NCBI GenBank assembly: GCA_017937685.1 | Contig: JAGBDD010000238.1 | Span: 1,166-65,165 of the forward strand | Origin: Thermoguttaceae bacterium | GTDB taxonomy: Bacteria > Planctomycetota > Planctomycetia > Pirellulales > Thermoguttaceae | Reading direction: 5' to 3' | DNA: 64,000 nt | In this document: one piece after another, positions 60,301 to 64,000 of the stretch | How positions within the stretch are numbered: position 1 is the first letter of the stretch | How the letters are laid out: the number at the start of each line of letters is the position of its first letter | Program-made: the position numbers and the translations under genes | Notes under the pieces: generated by a model | The model's input: only the letters and a program-made list of their open reading frames with translations | The model's database searches: none | What the model was told of the DNA's origin: nothing

Positions 60301-60570
60301 TTGCGTGTAGGTCGGAATCGGGCCGCCGAGACGCGTCGCGTCCGGAGCGACGAGCCCGAAATCGCGATATTCGGTCGGAGCCGCCGCGAGCGCTTCTTCC
60401 GAAAGAGTCGCTTTAACCGCTTCGACTTCCTCGCCGTTATCCGGCGTCGGCATATTCGTTTCGCTAACGACCGCCGCCGGTTTCGCAATTTCGATCGTCG
60501 TCGCGTCGTCGGCCCAAGCCGAAGCGCCGCCGAAAATAAGCGCGGCCAATAAAAGGAGATGGCGTTTCAT
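57334..60570 (-). CDS. Secreted zinc metalloprotease (HExxH) with a long Ala/Glu/Lys-rich insertion
   Basis: ATG 60570 with an AAAGG RBS. Signal peptide MKRHLLLLAALIFGGASAWA. Zincin motif THEVGHTLGLRHNF (HEVGH at 58555-58569). Overall layout resembles large DUF5117/DUF4953-type zinc proteases (from memory). The TTG 60609 track start was rejected. Confidence 0.85.
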   Translation of the reverse strand: MKRHLLLLAALIFGGASAWADDATTIEIAKPAAVVSETNMPTPDNGEEVEAVKATLSEEALAAAPTEYRDFGLVAPDATRLGGPIPTYTQKENLFWEITPSSLDVDYIMIISIARGIGEDALYGGQSWDFGDDMIWRFRKVGDRIQFLRRNYRYRANKGPDAEALKVAYADSVVFSLPIVARGPQGGYVIDVTNLFMSDTLPNVSSQALGGFSFDRSRSRWESIKGLKDNVEIEVEATYGGRAGSSDTVIDTRGVTINIHYSISRLKDTGYKPRYADERVGYFNSAICDVSDLSPDGNFKRYIDRWQLEKLEPEAEKSLPKKPIVFWLDKATPHQYRKLLRDGILEWNRAFEQAGFYDAVEVRQQEDNDEWDPEDVNYNTIRWSVSQTGFAIGPRRVNPTTGQILDADVVLTVGFLTSWNRQFDLYSPQELADKFSGASAEEAFQKAMAEGTYNSRKSFAEEDTELFYSQQFGLANTFFDVMAIADETAAEDAAANAEAAKAAEEEAKKAAEEAVAKAAEAAAKAQEEAKKAAEEAARLAAETAAKAQEEAKKLADELAKADEAVKAELTAKVDEAKAKADEALRVASEAAAKAEEVKKAWEAEKKAEEEAKKAAEAAKAEEAKKAEEAKKAAEAAAKAEATKKENKAKHEAERKKMIEQGLKQLVTHEVGHTLGLRHNFKQSALHSLEEINSKSWDDRGFVGSIMEYAPINVMPKGKKQGDYFSYRLGDYDFWVIEYGYRVFPGKTTETEVPELKKLAAMQTKPELNYLTDEDTYGSTCDPYANVWDLGSDPIEYAKVRCELVSQLMPGLTDRIVKDGESYNRLRARFNMLTSWKNNGLTFAARFIGGVSINRDFKGDENARAPFVVAPAAKQREAMELLCKEAFGVDSYQIPDNMFNYLAPNRWNHWGSSIPDRYDTDVHGTILAWQTSLLNRILSATTLSHLADAELRVAAGEDVFTSAEMIDSLGAAIFKEIADSAKATKDRKDGQELPKLTISSTRRNLQRVYLSRLADFATTTTTAAGSADFGALARMQMRAVRADVEATIDAGVPAGSYERAHLENLLERIDQALEAKRVL

Positions 60571-60723
60571 GAATAACCTTTCGTTACCTAAAATCGTTGG
60601 AACGAACAAAAACGCGATAACGTTTGTTTGCTCCGTTCCGCCGCGACGTTTAACTCGACAAAACTGTTAAAGTCGCCGCAAGCGGTTGAACAAAACCGTC
60701 CGTTCAATTTATTCAGCCTTCCT

Positions 60724-60752
60724 ATTTTACCGCAACGACAAAATTTTATCAA
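60724..60752 (-). promoter_or_regulatory. Sigma70-like promoter candidate (TTGATA-17 nt-TAAAAT, minus strand) for the metalloprotease gene
   Basis: Minus-strand -35 TTGATA at 60752-60747, 17-nt spacer, -10 TAAAAT at 60729-60724. It sits in a conspicuously AT-rich patch about 150 nt upstream of ATG 60570. Confidence 0.4.
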
Positions 60753-60947
60753 GTAATAATTTTAGAAAGTTAGGAAAAATTAAGAATCTTTGACGGAAAA
60801 ATCGGAAAGAGCGCAAACCGTCAATTTTAACGAGCGGAGCGGCGACGCCAATTTTAACGCGTTTCTTTCAACGTCGCTTTCTCCGCTCCGTTTCCTTCCA
60901 ATCAAACGATAAATAATTTAAACGCCGTCAAACGAGAAATCGGCGTC

Positions 60948-61490
60948 TTATTCTCGCGTCCCTTTAAACCGCCGACTTTCCGCCAACGAAATTTCGCCGT
61001 CGACAATTTTTTGAACAATTTCGCGATTATTCCTCAAAAAATCGGCGTCGTCGAGCAGACTCGGGAGCGTTCGCCATTCGACGGCGGCGACTTCCTCCGG
61101 TTGCGGGCGAAGTTCGACGTTCGGGTCGCTCGAACGCGCGTCGGCGGCGAACCAAAAGAGCGGCGCGCCGGTCGGCGTTTGGCGTTTTCCGAGAAAGCGC
61201 CCGACTTCGACGTCGAGCCCGACTTCTTCAAGAAATTCGCGAGAAACGGCGTCTCGCGGCTCTTCGCCGTCCTCGATCCCCCCTCCGGGAAAGCAAAGCG
61301 CGCCGGGAGCGGCGACCGTCGCGGAACGTCGAACGATTAGGAACTCGACGCGGGAAAAATCGAACGGTTCCCCGCTCTTCGTCGAAAACGGCGGTCGAGG
61401 GACGATCGCGACCGCTCCGCCGCGTCCGTTTTTCGCCGCTTCCTTTTCTTTATTTTCGTCCTTTTCTTTATTTTGCGTTTTTCCGCTCAT
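60948..61490 (-). CDS. Nudix hydrolase
   Basis: Nudix box GGGIEDGEEPRDAVSREFLEEVGL. ATGA overlap with the upstream VanZ-like gene. Confidence 0.85.
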   Translation of the reverse strand: MSGKTQNKEKDENKEKEAAKNGRGGAVAIVPRPPFSTKSGEPFDFSRVEFLIVRRSATVAAPGALCFPGGGIEDGEEPRDAVSREFLEEVGLDVEVGRFLGKRQTPTGAPLFWFAADARSSDPNVELRPQPEEVAAVEWRTLPSLLDDADFLRNNREIVQKIVDGEISLAESRRFKGTRE

Positions 61491-61987
61491 TTACCCAACT
61501 CGCCCGTTTCCCCAAAAACGCCGTCGATATTTTCCGAACGTTTCCTCGTCCGCGTCTCCAAGATTCGTCGCCGCGCGCTCCGACGAATCAAACGGGCCGT
61601 CTCCAACCCGATTAAAACGCCCAAAACGTTCTGAAAAATGTCTCGAAATTCAAAAAGTCGCCCGGTCAAAATCTGCAAAAACTCGGAAGCGACCGCCCAA
61701 ACCAAAAGCGCGGCGCGCCAACGCCCCGTCGACCATTGCCGCCGCGAGAATCCGACGCCCAACGCCAAAATTCCAAAAGCGCCCAAATGGAGCGTCATTA
61801 ACAACAAATCGAAACCGAAAGTTACTTTTCGCACGTCGGGACGCGGCGTCAACAACATATACGCCATCCAAACAAAGTAAACGCTCGTCGCCCAAGCGAC
61901 CAAAACTCTTATTCGATTTCTCAATTTATCGTTCCTTTCCCCAATTTCCTCTTTGGGAACGGGCGTTAGTCTCTTCCGTCGCTCCAT
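61487..61987 (-). CDS. VanZ-like small membrane protein
   Basis: 166 aa with four hydrophobic segments. SEFLQILTGRLFEFRDIFQNVLGVLIG resembles the VanZ family signature (E..Q......R.....D...N..G). Confidence 0.6.
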   Translation of the reverse strand: MERRKRLTPVPKEEIGERNDKLRNRIRVLVAWATSVYFVWMAYMLLTPRPDVRKVTFGFDLLLMTLHLGAFGILALGVGFSRRQWSTGRWRAALLVWAVASEFLQILTGRLFEFRDIFQNVLGVLIGLETARLIRRSARRRILETRTRKRSENIDGVFGETGELGK

Positions 61988-62229
61988 TATATCCGAAAAA
62001 AATTCCGCGAAAAGTCGGCCCGACCGTTAAATCGCGATCGTTCCTCCCCGACGCGCTTCGCAAACGACAAAATAGGCAAGGGCCGAAACTTTACCGAACG
62101 CGACGTAAAAAAATATCGAAAAGCCAAAATTGCCCTAGCGTCTCGACGGAAAAAACGTTAAACTCGCGCAAAATTTTCCTTTATTTGTTATTGTCGAACG
62201 GCGCGTTCGCGTCGTTTGGAGCGCGTTTT

Positions 62230-62946
62230 ATGTCCGATAAAATCCTCGACCGCCTTATTTCCGCCTTCGTCGGCGCCGTTTCCGCCGTCGGAACCGTTTG
62301 GTTTCTCAACGCGAACGCTCCCGACGCTTCGGTTTCCCCCGCGTCCGGCGACGCGCCCGTCAAATTCGAGCGCTTGGAAGTCGACGAGTTGCGAATCAAC
62401 AAGTTTCTCTCCGTCGCCGACCCCGAAACAAAGAAAACGACGATTCACTTAAGCGACGGTTCGATCTCCGCGCAAAATAACGTTTTCGCGGAATACGTCG
62501 GCGCTTTTCGCGTTCTCGGGCGCAAAATCCAAGCGACTCCGGACGACCCGCTGGACGCGCGAAGTTCGGTTTTCGCCGAGTTGGCGACGAATCAAGACGG
62601 CGGCGCTTACCTCGAGCTTTTAAGCCCGCGAGAAACGCACTCGCTCGTTATCGGTTTTGACGGCGCCGAAAAAGGTTGCCTTATTTCCCAAAATAACGAA
62701 GATATGTCGACGGTCGCGCAAGCGGTTTTCCAAAAACCGACCGCCGATTCCAACGCCGCTCCGCCGAACGTCGAATCGCCCGCCCCCGCCGACGCTCTTC
62801 CGCCCTTCGACGCCCAAGACGCCGCTTTGCCGAACGTCGAGTCGCCCGCCCCCGCCGACGCTCTTCCGCCCTTCGACGCCCAAGACGCCGCTCCGCTCCC
62901 GTCGCCCGAAGCCGCGACGCTCCCCGCGCCCGAACCCGGCGTTTAA
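62230..62946 (+). CDS. Membrane-anchored hypothetical protein with a Pro/Ala-rich C-terminal tandem repeat
   Basis: ATG 62230 with a GGAG RBS 9 nt upstream. N-terminal TM helix ILDRLISAFVGAVSAVGTVWFL. A non-Arg-biased globular region, then 2 x 22-aa repeat. No recognisable family. Confidence 0.65.
   Translation: MSDKILDRLISAFVGAVSAVGTVWFLNANAPDASVSPASGDAPVKFERLEVDELRINKFLSVADPETKKTTIHLSDGSISAQNNVFAEYVGAFRVLGRKIQATPDDPLDARSSVFAELATNQDGGAYLELLSPRETHSLVIGFDGAEKGCLISQNNEDMSTVAQAVFQKPTADSNAAPPNVESPAPADALPPFDAQDAALPNVESPAPADALPPFDAQDAAPLPSPEAATLPAPEPGV
62761..62892 (+). repeat. In-frame tandem duplication, 2 x 66 bp (63/66 identical)
   Basis: Copy 1 is 62761-62826 and copy 2 is 62827-62892. They encode PPNVESPAPADALPPFDAQDAA and LPNVESPAPADALPPFDAQDAA. 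Confidence 0.95.
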
Positions 62947-62967
62947 CGCGATTTGGAGCGTTCGTCG

Positions 62968-64000
62968 ATGTCGTTTGCTTTGTGTTCCCAACCGTCGAAC
63001 CGCGACGTTTCGCCCTCCAAGGCTTTTTTCGCCCGGAGTTCGCGACGTCGCGTCGTTTGCCGTTTGCGTTTCGCCGCCGCGACGTTTTTTACCGGCGCGC
63101 TTCTCTTAACCGCTCCGCTTCTCGCCGATTCGACTTCCGTCGCCGACGCAAACGCCGCCTCGCCTTTATTCGACGCGCCCTCCGCTCGCCCCGGCGTCCT
63201 TTGCGAATTGGCCGGAATCCCCGCCGCTTCGTCAACTTGGAAAACTTGCGTAAATTGGGAAACGCCCAAATTCCCCGCGTCCCCCCGACGTCGCCCCGGC
63301 GTCCTTTGCGAATTGGCCGGAATCCCCGCCGCTTCGTCAACTTGGAAAACTTGCGCAAATTGGGAAACGCCCAAATTCCCCGCGTCCCCCCGACGTCGCC
63401 CCGCCGTTCCGTCCTTCGCCCCTCTTTCTCTCGACGCGCGATCGCCGTCCGTCGAACCGACCGCTCCGATCGTTCGAGGCGGTTATATCTCGAACCTCCC
63501 GATCGCGCCGTTTCGCGGTCGCGTTTTCGCTTACGCCGACGGTTCTTGGGGCAAACAGGCCGAACAAAGCGCCGATCCGTTCGCGAGCGGTTTCGACGTC
63601 GCGTCGTTTGGCGGCGGCGTCGGACAAGATTGGCGACTCTCCAAAAACGCGATTTGGGGAATCGGTTTTCAGGGGCGCAACGTTCAACTCGACCCCGCCG
63701 CGTCGATTTACGCGGCGGAACTCAATTCTCTCGCCGGTTTTCTGCGCTTAAGCCTTTTCGGCCCCCTTTGGCGACTCGATTTATCGCTCGGCGCCGCCAA
63801 AAATTGGAACGAACAAAGCCTTAATTACAAAGACGTTGCCAAATATTCGTCGTCGCAATGGAATTACGAAGCTGAATTTGGCGTTCGTTTCGACAAAGGT
63901 TACACCCGCGTCGAACCGCTCGTCAACGTCCGCGTTTTGACGCTTTCGGAACCGGCGGAAGCGGAACGGCGTTTTGCCGCGCTCGGTCGCCCCGGCGATT
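62968..64000 (+). CDS. Autotransporter-like outer-membrane beta-barrel protein with a very short, repeat-bearing passenger (partial, runs off the window)
   Basis: Absent from the ORF track (no stop in the window). The frame is open from ATG 62968 to 64000. Signal-like region RRRVVCRLRFAAATFFTGALLLTAPLLA. The C-terminal part (YADGSWGKQAEQ...FDVASFGGGVGQDWRL...WGIGFQGR...LSLGAAKNWNEQS...AEFGVRFDKGYTRVEPLVNVR) shows the alternating-strand pattern typical of autotransporter beta-domains. Confidence 0.55.
   Translation, partial: MSFALCSQPSNRDVSPSKAFFARSSRRRVVCRLRFAAATFFTGALLLTAPLLADSTSVADANAASPLFDAPSARPGVLCELAGIPAASSTWKTCVNWETPKFPASPRRRPGVLCELAGIPAASSTWKTCANWETPKFPASPRRRPAVPSFAPLSLDARSPSVEPTAPIVRGGYISNLPIAPFRGRVFAYADGSWGKQAEQSADPFASGFDVASFGGGVGQDWRLSKNAIWGIGFQGRNVQLDPAASIYAAELNSLAGFLRLSLFGPLWRLDLSLGAAKNWNEQSLNYKDVAKYSSSQWNYEAEFGVRFDKGYTRVEPLVNVRVLTLSEPAEAERRFAALGRPGD
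63187..63396 (+). repeat. In-frame tandem duplication, 2 x 105 bp (104/105 identical)
   Basis: Copy 1 is 63187-63291 and copy 2 is 63292-63396. The single T/C difference gives Val/Ala. Each copy encodes RPGVLCELAGIPAASSTWKTC[V/A]NWETPKFPASPRR, with two Cys per unit. Confidence 0.95.

Noticed and set aside
57361-60552. 1063-aa plus-strand ORF over the metalloprotease gene
   Set aside because: It is an antisense shadow, Arg/Phe/Gly-rich and repetitive. The minus frame carries a signal peptide and an HEVGHTLGLRHNF zincin motif.

Overview
This is a dense chromosomal segment with 34 protein-coding genes. I found no rRNA, tRNA, CRISPR array, transposase or integrase. The DNA is visibly CpG-rich and poor in TA. 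The organism looks like a member of the Planctomycetota: there is a secreted FG-GAP/dockerin protein with the N-terminal LENRELL motif, a Tat-signal Gfo/Idh/MocA oxidoreductase, and many secreted glycoside hydrolases and esterases. PFOR suggests an anaerobic or facultative lifestyle. Housekeeping and repair genes are lnt, nifJ-type PFOR, azlCD, folP, nfo, a Nudix hydrolase and a Ca-type P-type ATPase. The glycan-degradation genes are GH78, a GH106-like hydrolase, GH51, several esterases and two tandem paralog pairs. There is also a LuxR response regulator next to a STAS/RsbW partner-switching pair, and several surface proteins. Two real genes are missing from the supplied ORF track because they run off the window edges (1..1335 minus, 62968..64000 plus). 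Most other long track ORFs are Arg-rich shadow frames. I found no classical defence or mobile island. The items most worth a second look are: (1) an operon pairing a catalytically degenerate SbcD/YhaO-type phosphoesterase with a 1512-aa membrane-anchored Rad50/SMC-like ATPase that has a ~360-aa polyacidic tail, while an intact solo YhaO-like nuclease lies 38 kb away; (2) a full-length hybrid-cluster-protein (Hcp) homolog that has lost nearly all cluster ligands; (3) a 904-aa unrecognisable secreted protein apparently co-transcribed with GH51; (4) an RNase HII-like protein with large insertions, start-stop coupled to folP; (5) near-perfect in-frame tandem duplications in two adjacent surface-protein genes. 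All function calls come from motif recognition by eye. No database search, structure prediction or folding calculation was run.
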